Shown: piece by piece, positions 32,273 through 43,248 of the stretch
How positions within the stretch are numbered: position 1 is the first letter of the stretch
Layout: every line of letters starts with the position of its first letter
The notes under the pieces: generated by a model
Told to the model about the DNA's origin: nothing
The model's input: the letters and a program-made list of their open reading frames with translations, nothing else
The model's database searches: none
Source: a virus
Length of the DNA: 64,000 bases
IMG/VR virus record: IMGVR_UViG_3300029908_000017
Span: 10,377-74,376 of that record
Direction: 5' to 3' (one strand)
Made by a program: the position numbers and the translations under genes

Positions 32273-32456
32273 TTATTGTTTCTTCTTCGTATTCATCTGT
32301 ATACAAACGAGTATTCTCTTTTGCACCACCTAAAAACTTCTCCAACCGAGATGTCGCTTCTGCACAAGTAGGCCCAAACCCTTGTACATCCCCTATGGAA
32401 ATATCTCCATTTTTTGCAATTTTAACTTTATAAGATTGTTTTGACATATTATTCAC
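32250..32456 (-). CDS. DUF2997-like protein
   Basis: I..NG.I...VQGFGPTCAEAT..LE..LG.....TDEY pattern. Confidence 0.75.
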   Translation of the reverse strand: MNNMSKQSYKVKIAKNGDISIGDVQGFGPTCAEATSRLEKFLGGAKENTRLYTDEYEEETINELHQEL

Positions 32457-32906
32457 TAATTTTTAATACTTTAGCAGGTATATTAATACTTACATGACTA
32501 GGGTTAATTACATCGATAAACGCAGCATCATGATCAGCACTAAGTTGAGGCTTTAATACTTTATTCGTAGAAACTCTAAGTAACGTACAGCCACTCTCAT
32601 CATCCACATAAATATTATTACCTACAATTCGCAATTGACTAACTTTAATATTCATCTTTTATATATTCATAATTGGTATCAAAATCAATTTTATCCAATC
32701 GTGAAGCATCAAATCGTATTTTTGCTTTATGTACTCTATCTGTATTGCCTTTGTAAATATAAATCAATACAGCTGTTGCAATATCACCTGATTCAAAAAT
32801 AATTTTATCTTCCGGAACCAACAATCGGTCAGATGGTGGTTCATCTAGCCCAATAAAATAGTCATGGAGAAATTTACGTATCACTGCTTTACTTTGCATA
32901 AATTAC

Positions 32907-33287
32907 TTAGTTAAGACAAAATTCAATAATTCCTTCATCCGTAGTATTGATTTCGTATTCCAATTCCTCTTCTTCAAAATATGCCTTGGTCAATTCAAAA
33001 CTATATCGTTGTTTCAAACTATCCAGATTTTCACCAAGTTGTTGCGCAATTGAAGAATCATAAAAATCCCCATAAATTTTATATTCACCATCAATAAGGT
33101 TGATACCCAAATCGTAACCATCCTGAGGATTGACTGCTACGTAATCATAAATCGTTTCTCTAGCTGGATCATTACGATATGTACGTGCTTTAGTTTTTTC
33201 TACAATTCGCCAGCCGAAATTTTCCAATGATTTATCCAATAATTGGAAATTACTAATATTTGTTTTTATTTCAACGGTGTGACTCAT
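32907..33287 (-). CDS. DUF1257/Ycf35-like protein
   Basis: MSHTVEIKT start, YDLG, D-F-Y and LKQRY. Confidence 0.78.
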   Translation of the reverse strand: MSHTVEIKTNISNFQLLDKSLENFGWRIVEKTKARTYRNDPARETIYDYVAVNPQDGYDLGINLIDGEYKIYGDFYDSSIAQQLGENLDSLKQRYSFELTKAYFEEEELEYEINTTDEGIIEFCLN

Positions 33288-33851
33288 TTTTTTATATTTT
33301 AATTTTTGTTAAATCTTTTGTAATAATCTCAACATATTCAATATTGAGTTTATCAAAAGCATCTTGAATACATAAAAGTATATCATATTTTGAATAAGTG
33401 GATATTTCATTATTCTCAAATGATTGCATTTTAATTAAATCATTTTCAACATTAATAATATCTCCCTTTATTACTTCACATAAAGGGAGATTATCAATCA
33501 GTACTACATCATTCTTATCATAGATTCGAAGGATGTCAAATTGGTTAGGGTAAGCACAGTCAACAGACATATCAGGATAATTTAATTTCAACTTGTTTAT
33601 TATAAACCCTAGTAAAGCTTGCATCGTCCAACGCGCTATACATAGCTTCACTTACACATAACAATTTCTCTGAGGCTACCTCAAGCAATAACAAATTATT
33701 ACCATCATTATTCTCCCTATCCGGATAAGATAAAGATATATAATAGTGCTCAGAATTACCATCAACTTGTTGATATATACCCGGTTCACTTAATACATCA
33801 TTTAAATCAATAAAAGATTTATCTTCTTTTACAATAATTTCTATATTCATA

Positions 33852-34964
33852 TTATATTTCCAATGCTCGAAGATATTCTCCAGTAATTGAAGATATATCT
33901 GAAGTATTTTCAGCTACAGTTTTAACATCTAACAAGAATTCTTTTAAAGCATTTCGGTCATCGACATTATCTTTACTTTTCAGATCTCGGTTTTCTGCAA
34001 GAAACGTCTGTACTTCTGTGATACGTTCTTCTAACACTTTGTCACCAAAGATATTCAATTTTTCAAAATCTTGTATCTTTTTTAACAACGTGTTCTTATT
34101 AACATCAGAAACAACGTCGCCTTTATTAATTTTATTAATAATTACAGCAAAAACACTATTTACACTTTCACGCAATTCTTTGATTGAGTTATCGACAAAA
34201 TTGGTAATTTGTTCCAACTGTTTTGCAGCTTGTTGGTTATAATGTTCCTTGGCTTCGTTAACAGTGGCAGCAACTTGAGCTTCTTCTTCCAATAATACCC
34301 GAATATTAACCTCTTGTAGCTCGTTAGGCATATTAATACGGAATTCGGAATATTCGAAATTAAACTTTCCACGTATCTCATTTACTGATGGGTATGCCGG
34401 TCGTAGAACATCTGCATATTCTGGATAAGCCGCAAGTGCTTCTGTTTTATATTGCTCGTAATTCTCTACAAACGAATCAACAAGAATATTAAATTCTTCC
34501 TTATAGGTCTCTAATTGTTTACGTACCTCTTCCAGATTATGAAAAGCTACAAAATGTGCTTCCGCAATAGGAAAGCGATTACTCATTCGCTTAAGATACA
34601 ATCTAGCACGTTGTTCAATTTGAGCAAATTGATTAAACAATACTGGTTTAACCAGCATCTTTTTGCCAAGTTTAATAATATCTGGGACTTTTTCAATTTC
34701 CAGGTCCGATTCTTTTAATGAAGTAGACATACTCCACCTTGAAATATGAATAGATATTAGTACACCTGTACTAAACAACTTATCATAGTAACGATCAAGA
34801 ACTCGGATTTGATTGTGATTTTCCAATTCCTCAACTAATTGTTGCCCTCGTTGGTTTACAGGGGTGTCCAGAACCTCTGTAACACTTATTGATTCTTCCG
34901 ATTGTTCCAATATATCAATATTAGAATCCACTAACTCTTCGATAACTTTCTTATGTCTTCCCAT
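33852..34964 (-). CDS. DUF3150-like helical protein
   Basis: GVLISIHISRW, LGKKMLV, YPS..EIRGKFNF and long helices; ends RALEI. Confidence 0.6.
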   Translation of the reverse strand: MGRHKKVIEELVDSNIDILEQSEESISVTEVLDTPVNQRGQQLVEELENHNQIRVLDRYYDKLFSTGVLISIHISRWSMSTSLKESDLEIEKVPDIIKLGKKMLVKPVLFNQFAQIEQRARLYLKRMSNRFPIAEAHFVAFHNLEEVRKQLETYKEEFNILVDSFVENYEQYKTEALAAYPEYADVLRPAYPSVNEIRGKFNFEYSEFRINMPNELQEVNIRVLLEEEAQVAATVNEAKEHYNQQAAKQLEQITNFVDNSIKELRESVNSVFAVIINKINKGDVVSDVNKNTLLKKIQDFEKLNIFGDKVLEERITEVQTFLAENRDLKSKDNVDDRNALKEFLLDVKTVAENTSDISSITGEYLRALEI

Positions 34965-34966
34965 AT

Positions 34967-36535
34967 TTATTTAACCTCAATTAATTCACCTTTGTTATTC
35001 AATGTATACCAAGTATTAGCTTTAATACCATCTTCTCCTGCATAACCGACAACTATACGATTACGGTTACCGTCATCCCAAACCAAAGATAAGCAACCAT
35101 TTTCTCCGACTTTTGTTTTTCCATACAATCCTGCCACAACTGCAATAGTATCTTTACCAACAGCTGCTGCTGTGCTGTAATATCCTGAACTCGCTGCTTT
35201 GCTGGAATTACCTGAACTCTCTGCTTTGCTGTAATCTCCTGAACTCGCTGCTGTGCTGTAATCTCCTGAACTCGCTGCTGTGCTGGAATCTCCTGAACTC
35301 GCTGCTTTGCTGTAATCTCCTGAACTCGCTGCTGTGCTGTAATCTCCTGAACTCGCTGCTTTGCTGGAATTACCTGAACTCACTGCTGTGCTGGAATCTC
35401 CTGAACTCGCTGCTTTGCTGGAATCTCCTGAACTCGCTGTTTTGCTGTAATATCCTGAACTCACTGCTTTGCTGGAATATCCTGAACTCGCTGCTTTGCT
35501 GTAATCTCCTGAACTCGCTGTTTTGCTGGAATTACCTGAACTCACTGCTTTGCTGTAATCTCCTGAACTCGCTGCTGTGCTGGAATTACCTGAACTCGCT
35601 GCTTTGCTGTAATCTCCTGAACTCGCTGCTGTGCTGTAATATCCTGAACTCGCTGCTTTGCTGTAATCTCCTGAACTCGCTGTTTTGCTGGAATCTCCTG
35701 AACTCGCTGCTGTGCTGGAATTACCTGAACTCACTGCTTTGCTGTAATCTCCTGAACTCGCTGCTGTGCTGGAATTACCTGAACTCGCTGCTTTGCTGTA
35801 ATCTCCTGAACTCGCTGCTTTGCTGTAATCTCCTGAACTCGCTGCTTTGCTGTAATCTCCTGAACTCGCTGCTGTGCTGGAATCTCCTGAACTCGCTGCT
35901 GTGCTGGAATCTCCTGAACTCGCTGTTTTGCTGGAATCTCCTGAACTCGCTGCTGTGCTGGAATTACCTGAACTCACTGCTTTGCTGTAATCTCCTGAAC
36001 TCGCTGCTTTGCTGTAATCTCCTGAACTCGCTGCTGTGCTGTAATATCCTGAACTCGCTGCTTTGCTGTAATCTCCTGAACTCGCTGTTTTGCTGGAATC
36101 AAGTTTTTTAACTTTTAAAATTAAATCGTTAACCTGTTTATCAATTTTTGTTTTATTGCAAAACAAGCGAGCAATTAATTCTGGTGTTGCGTCGTTTAAT
36201 TCCCAAACTTTATTCAATACATCTGAATACTGTGGTTCGGAAAAATAATCTAAGGCTACCTCCTTACCCTTTAAAGCGTTCATTAAACTTGTATAATGTG
36301 ACGTAATGGAAGAAACTTGGTGTTGTGTTAATGTAGAAATATCATCGTTCTTAACAACATTTTCCAAAACGAAATCACCAATCCCATTCCATTCGCATTC
36401 AACAAATCTTTTTTGTTTATGAACACTATCGTTTTCTGTCCATTTAAACAATTCAACAGCCTTACTATGGCTATTACCAGGTTCATGGGCTATAACTCCA
36501 TCACGTCTAACAACAATACTATGAAAATCACACAT
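34967..36535 (-). CDS. Repeat protein with 34 nine-residue SSGDYSKAA-type repeats (start probably MCDFHS)
   Basis: In-frame 27-nt repeats; C-terminal cap GEDGIKANTWYTL typical of phage repeat proteins. Confidence 0.85.
   Translation of the reverse strand: MCDFHSIVVRRDGVIAHEPGNSHSKAVELFKWTENDSVHKQKRFVECEWNGIGDFVLENVVKNDDISTLTQHQVSSITSHYTSLMNALKGKEVALDYFSEPQYSDVLNKVWELNDATPELIARLFCNKTKIDKQVNDLILKVKKLDSSKTASSGDYSKAASSGYYSTAASSGDYSKAASSGDYSKAVSSGNSSTAASSGDSSKTASSGDSSTAASSGDSSTAASSGDYSKAASSGDYSKAASSGDYSKAASSGNSSTAASSGDYSKAVSSGNSSTAASSGDSSKTASSGDYSKAASSGYYSTAASSGDYSKAASSGNSSTAASSGDYSKAVSSGNSSKTASSGDYSKAASSGYSSKAVSSGYYSKTASSGDSSKAASSGDSSTAVSSGNSSKAASSGDYSTAASSGDYSKAASSGDSSTAASSGDYSTAASSGDYSKAESSGNSSKAASSGYYSTAAAVGKDTIAVVAGLYGKTKVGENGCLSLVWDDGNRNRIVVGYAGEDGIKANTWYTLNNKGELIEVK
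35166..36100 (-). repeat. 27-nt coding tandem repeat, about 34-35 copies
   Basis: Consensus AGTTCAGGAGATTACAGCAAAGCAGCG; 34 SSG units counted in the translation. Confidence 0.97.
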
Positions 36536-36941
36536 AATTTTAATATTCCAATTCAATAACTATTTCACCACTAGGTCTTGTCCATTCCAGATTACTGTAC
36601 CTAACCAAATTTGCGCAGCGATATTCAATTTCAGCTTCTCTCGCTACGAATACAACGTCTTTATCAAGTATATCTTTGCGATTTTCCAATATTTGAATTA
36701 TTAATTCTCTATAAGTCATAATTTTATAGATCAATATCTTTTTTAAAATCGTAAACAATAACATTGTCAGGTAATGATTCTTCCTGAAAATAACCTACTT
36801 CTATCAATGTATGCTGTGCTTTTTGCAGTACACGTGATTCTACATTTGTAGGATCTTTCACCTTTAAAACTAATGTATAGATATCAAACAAAGCATATAG
36901 CATTTCTGAATATTCACGACTTCTCAATTTTTCAAAATAAC

Positions 36942-38537
36942 TCATATCTCCATACTTCTTAAAATAGTTTCCGAGTTTTCAATAATTTCACCATCTTTTC
37001 CAGCAATTTGTAACTTACCTTTTGCGGAATCTCTCATACTTTTTAAACGTTCTGGATACATCTCAGCGTTAGGCTTGAATCTTTTAATCTCTGCTAACAA
37101 ATCTTCTTCTAATACTTCTCGGCTATCATGATAGAAAGCACGAAACAAAGCAGATTTGATTAGTTCTTCAATCTCCGAGCCAATATAATTGTTTGTTAAT
37201 TTAGCTAATTTTTTTAAACTAAACTTTTCAGGATCACGATTATATTTTATCAATAGCTTTTTAAATATATCCTCACGTTCTTCTAAATCAGGCAGGTCTA
37301 CCCAAAAAGCAGCATCGAATCGACCCGGACGTAATAAGGCAGGAGGTAGAATTAAATGATTGTTACAGGTACCGATAAAGAATGGTGCAGAATCATTCCC
37401 ACGATCTGCCAAATACGTCAGAAACGCTCCAAGCATTCGTGAGCCTACACCCGAATCACCAATACCCGATGTAGCGTTTGAACTCAATGACTTTTCAATT
37501 TCATCAATCAAAACCACACATTTGCCTATCGATTCAATGGTCTGTAAGACTTGTCGTAAGTTGCGTTCAGAATCTCCTACATGAGAAGAAAACAACTTCC
37601 CAATATCCAATAAAAATAAAGGTACTTTAAATTCTGTAGAAATAGCACGAGCGGTAATGCTCTTACCACCACCAGGAATACCACAAAGAATTATACCACG
37701 AGGAGTACAAAGACCATATTCTTTTGCTTCTTTACTAAATGCCCGTTTTCTAAGATTGACCCAATTCTTTAGACCTTCAAATCCACCAATATTATCAAAA
37801 CTAATGCCCGTTTCAATGTATTCTAATAAACTATTCTTTTTAATTTGAGTTATCTTTTCATTAAAAACAATCTTTATAAACTCGTCATTGAACTCACCCT
37901 TCGTACAAACAAAGGCAAAGGCCAAAGCAGACTCTACTTCGTTATTAGCCATACCTTTACAGGCTTCAATAACGTTCTCAATAAAATCTTCGTCTAATTT
38001 TGCTTCTGGTTTATTTTTGGCTTTTCTAGAAACGTTGGCACTGATTAATGTGTCATTAAACTTTTCACGTATTGCTTTTTTATCAGGTAACTCATATTCC
38101 ACTATCTGAATTTCCTTTTCTAACTCCAAAGGGATATTGAAATTTGGAGAAATAAAAATCAAGGTGTTGCCATCTCTTCGTAAATAACTACTGAGATTAC
38201 GTAAACACCGAATATAATCTTTTGATTTCATCTTACTATCCATCTCTAGATGGAAGTCAAGAAGAACGTAAGCACTTCGTTTTTCGTTACGGCCTGCTGA
38301 GTTAAGAAGAAATTCAAATAACTTATTTGGGTCATCCGTACCTTTAATTATATTGCCGTCTTTATTCAAGTCTACTAAACCAGTAATACAATCCCAGCGA
38401 TAAAAGGTGCCGAACTTCTCACGTTTAGGCAATATCGTTAGTAGGTCATTGGTAACACGTTTTTCTTCATGTGTATTGATTACCAGCATTGGATAACTGG
38501 CTTTTGCGTAATTTAATATTTTATCGTTAAAATTCAT
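36942..38537 (-). CDS. Ycf46-like AAA+ ATPase
   Basis: Degenerate N-terminal AAA (THEEKR, LLDFH), IGGFEGLKNW, GIPGGGKS, IDEIEK and LLRPGRFD. Confidence 0.9.
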   Translation of the reverse strand: MNFNDKILNYAKASYPMLVINTHEEKRVTNDLLTILPKREKFGTFYRWDCITGLVDLNKDGNIIKGTDDPNKLFEFLLNSAGRNEKRSAYVLLDFHLEMDSKMKSKDYIRCLRNLSSYLRRDGNTLIFISPNFNIPLELEKEIQIVEYELPDKKAIREKFNDTLISANVSRKAKNKPEAKLDEDFIENVIEACKGMANNEVESALAFAFVCTKGEFNDEFIKIVFNEKITQIKKNSLLEYIETGISFDNIGGFEGLKNWVNLRKRAFSKEAKEYGLCTPRGIILCGIPGGGKSITARAISTEFKVPLFLLDIGKLFSSHVGDSERNLRQVLQTIESIGKCVVLIDEIEKSLSSNATSGIGDSGVGSRMLGAFLTYLADRGNDSAPFFIGTCNNHLILPPALLRPGRFDAAFWVDLPDLEEREDIFKKLLIKYNRDPEKFSLKKLAKLTNNYIGSEIEELIKSALFRAFYHDSREVLEEDLLAEIKRFKPNAEMYPERLKSMRDSAKGKLQIAGKDGEIIENSETILRSMEI

Positions 38538-40399
38538 AATTGTTTGTCAATAATATTTGCGATTTCTACAAATGATGTATCCTGATCGTTAAGTTCAACT
38601 AATAATTTACGAGTAGAAAGTGGATTGCCACATTTATAATCTACACTAGGGCAATTACTTTTAAGTCCTGCCCAATTTTTTACACTTTCAGAAAGAACCG
38701 AGAGAGTACCTTCAAATTCATAAACATTATAATAATCACTATTGTCATCTACTCGCGAATGTTTGTCTGTCCATTCCCGGTTATTAGATTTGATATATAA
38801 ATCGGTCAATACGCCCAAACAACAATATTTATCATTAAATCTAAGCGTACCTTTTCCTTGCTTATATTTTCCAGACCTTAATGCATCTACCCACTTCTTC
38901 TTAATCTCTTGATTCATTTCTAGAGGCTTCTATAAAGTTTTGATAACCACTCATTTCAAAGTTTCTCCATCAAATGACTTATCATCGATATTAAAAAAAT
39001 TTATTAAATTTAAATAAATATAATAACGAGGGCTAATTTTCCTTAAAGCAGCTTGTGCTAAAATATGTGATTTAGCTGATTTATTAGAATACTTATCGAT
39101 ATAGTCAACAATTGATTCCAAAGTATGCCTTGGAGACGAATTACCTATTCTTACAACACTACTATTAAATAATTTAATAGCTGTAGATGTGGAAGAATCA
39201 ATAATCCCACCTATTTTATTTGGATCATTCTTTTTACATTTTGTAATCTTACCGTCAGCAGTTGGTTTTACAGTATCACCAGCTTGTAAAGCTTTTGGAG
39301 GTCTTCCCCTTTTTCTTTTAATTTCTTCCATATTATGATTGTTTTATCGAATTGGTTAATACTTCCAATTCTTCCTTCGTTAATTTCGATTTTGCTTGTT
39401 CAGCAATTTTTTCAAGCCTTAAATTTTCAGCATTATTCAAGCTCCACTCTTCCATTACGTTATAAATGGAATTAATATCTGCGTCTACAAAATCATCAGT
39501 TCTAACTTGCGTATACTCACCATCTCCTAAAATATTACGAAATTGAATAAGCCTTACATTATCTTTTGAAAAAAATGATGTAACTGCTATCTTGTTATCC
39601 AACGCATAACAAAACAAATCAAATAACTTAATCTTAAACTCTTCACTCATACGTTTACTTTAATAAATTCATCAGGGTTAATATACTTTTCAAAGGAATA
39701 AATATCACCTTTTCTAGAAGGCGACCAGAAATAACCCAAATTATGCCAAATAGCTACGTCGTGAAAAGCCTCATCAAATACCGAGAATCCATTTCCTTTA
39801 AAAAATGCGGGCAGTCGTCTTACACATTTATCAGAAGAAACAACATAAAAATATTCAGGTAGCTCATCTAATGTGATAAAACGCTTTTCTTTTGTTTTTT
39901 CCACTTTGATACGGTAATCATAATATGACCAATTCCATAACATTAAAGCAGTACTAGACCTAGACCAGCTACTCTCCTTTGTAAGTATATCTATGTATTC
40001 AATAATTTTTCCATCCAACGCTGCTTGCATTACTTCAATTTTTTCTTTTAACGTTTTCATACTAATTCGAAATCCTTTATGGATTGTGTAACTGCTTGGT
40101 TATAATAAGGATAGTAAACAGTTATTTCGTGGTTATTCATATCCACGTCTTCTACTATTCCTTCCTGCCCATAATAATTATTAAAATCTAAATCTTTAAA
40201 TAAATATTTTTGGGAATTAATTACTCGATCCCCCTTCTTTATTCGGGGGTATCGCGTTCTGGATCGTTTCATCAATTGGGATTTCTGGATCGGGTAACAA
40301 GGTCAATGACTTTAACGCTGAAGGTTGGAAGGTTGTGGTTGGAGCCAGTTTTGGCTTTTTAATTTTTGGTGTATAATATTTTAATGTTTTTGAGTTCAT
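38534..40399 (-). CDS. Six small hypothetical genes, including an AT-hook protein (38951-39331)
   Basis: KRKRGRPPK motif; 39647-40060 is a paralog of 16115-16540. Confidence 0.6.
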
Positions 40400-40562
40400 G
40401 ATTTAAGTATGAGTTGTGATTCTCTAATTTTATTATTCTCTTTAATAATACTTCGGTCGATTAAACTTTTTTTAACATGCGTGGCGTGCTTTAACGGTTG
40501 TCAGTTAGCTAAACTCCAACATTCTTTACAATTCATAACTGTTATCATAGTATGTAACGTAC

Positions 40563-42278
40563 ATGGAATTTTCGTTAGATCAAATTAAAAGCTTTCTGGA
40601 TAGCTCAAATACTGCTACGAGATTTGCAGCTAAACAACTTTTATTTCACAAACTTCCTGTTTCTTTTTTTGTAGAAAACTATTTATATGATAATGAAAAC
40701 AGGCAGCAAAGTTTAGAATTGTTCCCAATGTTTCGGTCTTTGTACGATAACATACCAGATAGATTAATTTTAAAATGCAGTAGAAAAACTTTAAAAAGCA
40801 GTTGTTTAAGCAATATATTATGTATCAATATGATACGTAATAATAACTACCGTCAGTTATATTGTGGTAATTTAGATTCTACCGCTAAAGCGTTTAGTAA
40901 TAATTATTTTGTACCGAGATTCAACTCTCCTAAAATTAAGCAGTTAGTTCCTAAAGGATTCATTAAAGAGGATGTTTATGAAAAAATATTAGAAGCCACA
41001 AATTCTTCTATTTTATTCAGATTCTTCTCCGAAGATGCATCTCGTATACGCGGGCCATCTACGTTTGAAAATGCATATGACGAAACACAGGAGATGGCAT
41101 TAGAACAAATAGATATTGCTAACGAAACGATGTCTATTTTACCTACTAAACGAGAACGTTATGCGGGTACTCCATTATCGACTTCTAATACTCTACATAT
41201 TTTGTGGAAACGTTCTAATCAATCAGAATGGATGACAAAATGTGGTTGTGGGCATTGGAATTGGTTAGGTGAAGGTAATGACCCATTATCAATGTTACAA
41301 GAAAAAGGTTATTGTTGTTCTAAATGTAGTAGAATATTAAATACTTTGAATGGTGAATGGGTAGCCTTTAATCCTTCTGAAAAGGAGTTTATAGGGTTTC
41401 ATCTCGCTCAACCAATGCTTCCATACTTTGCGCAAGACGAACGACAATGGAAAAAAATATATCATAAAGTACAGACATTAAACGAAATGACATTGTTTAA
41501 TGAGGTACTGGGACTTGCTTACAATGCTGCGAGTACTAGACCTATTACTTTAGAAGAATTACAAGGGGCGTGCGTTTTAGGGCCAATGTACCATAGTGAA
41601 GATAAGAATAGACTTATCATTTTAGAAAACAATAAGCGCAGTTATTTTTCCCACCACAATGGTACCGATTGGGGAGTGAATATGAAAACCAGTAGAACGG
41701 TTACTGTGCAAGGAGCTATGACGCCTAATGGAGTATTTCATATATATTACATGAAGCAGTTTAAGAACTACGAATATCAACAACATATTCAAGAAATTGC
41801 AAGCATGGCTACCTCAGTGAATGCAAAATGCGCTTGTGATAGTGGTCCAGACGCAGCTAGAGGAGTATTATTAGCTGAAATGGTAGGTGGTCCTACTAAA
41901 TGTAATCTTGTCAGATACGAACATGGAAAGTTAATACAACACTATGATTGGATACCAGGGACTCCCTGGCAAACCGGAAGGTGGTGTTTGCACCGATCAG
42001 ATGTACTAGGTTGGTGCTTACGAATGATCAAACAAAAAAAGATTCTATTCCCAAGATGGGAAGATGTTTCGGGTTATATGCAGGATATACTAAATGTATT
42101 TACTGAGATACATGAAGGTACATGCAGGCAAGAAATATTCTATCGTCATTTACCTGACGAACCTGATGATTTCCTTCATGCCATCACTTTTGCTGCTGCT
42201 TCCGCTTTCTGTGAAGTAGGTGGAAGCGAACTCACAGGAGCATCGTCATCTGCGAGCAGTGGGACTATAATTTATTAA
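40563..42278 (+). CDS. Terminase large subunit (lambda GpA-like)
   Basis: ILKCSRKTLKS Walker A variant, RIRGPS, YDETQ Walker B, GTP coupling motif, Zn-binding Cys pairs, GTDWG and PDDFLHA nuclease motifs. Confidence 0.85.
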   Translation: MEFSLDQIKSFLDSSNTATRFAAKQLLFHKLPVSFFVENYLYDNENRQQSLELFPMFRSLYDNIPDRLILKCSRKTLKSSCLSNILCINMIRNNNYRQLYCGNLDSTAKAFSNNYFVPRFNSPKIKQLVPKGFIKEDVYEKILEATNSSILFRFFSEDASRIRGPSTFENAYDETQEMALEQIDIANETMSILPTKRERYAGTPLSTSNTLHILWKRSNQSEWMTKCGCGHWNWLGEGNDPLSMLQEKGYCCSKCSRILNTLNGEWVAFNPSEKEFIGFHLAQPMLPYFAQDERQWKKIYHKVQTLNEMTLFNEVLGLAYNAASTRPITLEELQGACVLGPMYHSEDKNRLIILENNKRSYFSHHNGTDWGVNMKTSRTVTVQGAMTPNGVFHIYYMKQFKNYEYQQHIQEIASMATSVNAKCACDSGPDAARGVLLAEMVGGPTKCNLVRYEHGKLIQHYDWIPGTPWQTGRWCLHRSDVLGWCLRMIKQKKILFPRWEDVSGYMQDILNVFTEIHEGTCRQEIFYRHLPDEPDDFLHAITFAAASAFCEVGGSELTGASSSASSGTIIY

Positions 42279-42281
42279 TCA

Positions 42282-42587
42282 TTATTTATTCTCCAATACT
42301 GTTAACCATGCAGAAGTATGGCCATACTTCTTACCATGTTTCAACATCCAGTTAATTAGACTATCTGCGTTACCATTAGCCCTTGTAGCAACCCAACTAG
42401 TCAGCACATGAGAGGAATTACAATCTTTAGGAATATAATAAGTACTTCCCCAGCTATAATTTTCAATCTTTTCACTCCAATCATAGAAAACTGTCGCAAC
42501 AAATGGAATATCATGTTCTTTGCATTTGTTAACAGCTTCTAATAATAAAGGAGCAATTTCCTTATCGTATATCTCTTCTTTACTCAT
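42282..42587 (-). CDS. Hypothetical protein
   Basis: 101-aa ORF convergent with the terminase. Confidence 0.6.
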   Translation of the reverse strand: MSKEEIYDKEIAPLLLEAVNKCKEHDIPFVATVFYDWSEKIENYSWGSTYYIPKDCNSSHVLTSWVATRANGNADSLINWMLKHGKKYGHTSAWLTVLENK

Positions 42588-42759
42588 AATCTAAATGCAA
42601 TCTTTGTGAGTATTATTAATACTCCGATGATTTCTAACCCTGCAATAGCCAGTAATGTATAAATTGTGATTATTTTACTTTTTGATAATTTTCGTTTTCT
42701 CATAATTTTATTAACTAATGACTGGCGACTATTTATAATCGCCAGAGAATTAATCAATG

Positions 42760-43233
42760 TTAATTACATGCTAATTCTATCTGAGTACTTCGGATACTGT
42801 GTTCGTTGATTCGTTTACTTGAATAACAGGCAAACGGCTTATATTTGTTTAGTATTGTATACATTTCTTTGTTATCAGTTTTTTGTTTTACGGTTTTTAC
42901 TTCTTTGTACTTTACGCCGAATTCACGCACAGCCTTCATTGACGATACGTAAATATCGTAACGATTTGGTCCTTTGATTTTACTGCCGCAATCGGAAACA
43001 ATAAATACACCCATATCTTGAATATATATCTTTTCTCCCAATTGGTGATACCGTAAATCAGCCGCACATTGACCTACTTCTAATCGTTGACTCTGGCAAT
43101 TTAAGGCTCCATATGGTTGACTGTCCCTTTCATTTTCGTTGTAAGCAGTCAGTTTGGCAATTTCGCCAAACGAAGATACTGCTGTGATTAATAATAATAC
43201 ACTCGCTATCGCGAATGTTTTCAACTTTCCCAT
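42760..43233 (-). CDS. Secreted 3D-domain (MltA-like) cell wall hydrolase
   Basis: Signal peptide; TAY, AAD, DCGSKIKG and RYDIY (three Asp residues). Confidence 0.82.
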   Translation of the reverse strand: MGKLKTFAIASVLLLITAVSSFGEIAKLTAYNENERDSQPYGALNCQSQRLEVGQCAADLRYHQLGEKIYIQDMGVFIVSDCGSKIKGPNRYDIYVSSMKAVREFGVKYKEVKTVKQKTDNKEMYTILNKYKPFACYSSKRINEHSIRSTQIELACN

Positions 43234-43248
43234 TTTGTCTCCTTTGTT

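Noticed and set aside
35166-36100. CRISPR array or DGR template/variable repeat
   Set aside because: The units are contiguous with no unique spacers, stay in frame inside a CDS, and no cas or reverse transcriptase gene is in the window.
34967-36535. Ice-nucleation protein
   Set aside because: The period is 9 aa rather than the 8/16-aa AGYGSTxT repeat, and there is no TxT ladder or secretion signal.
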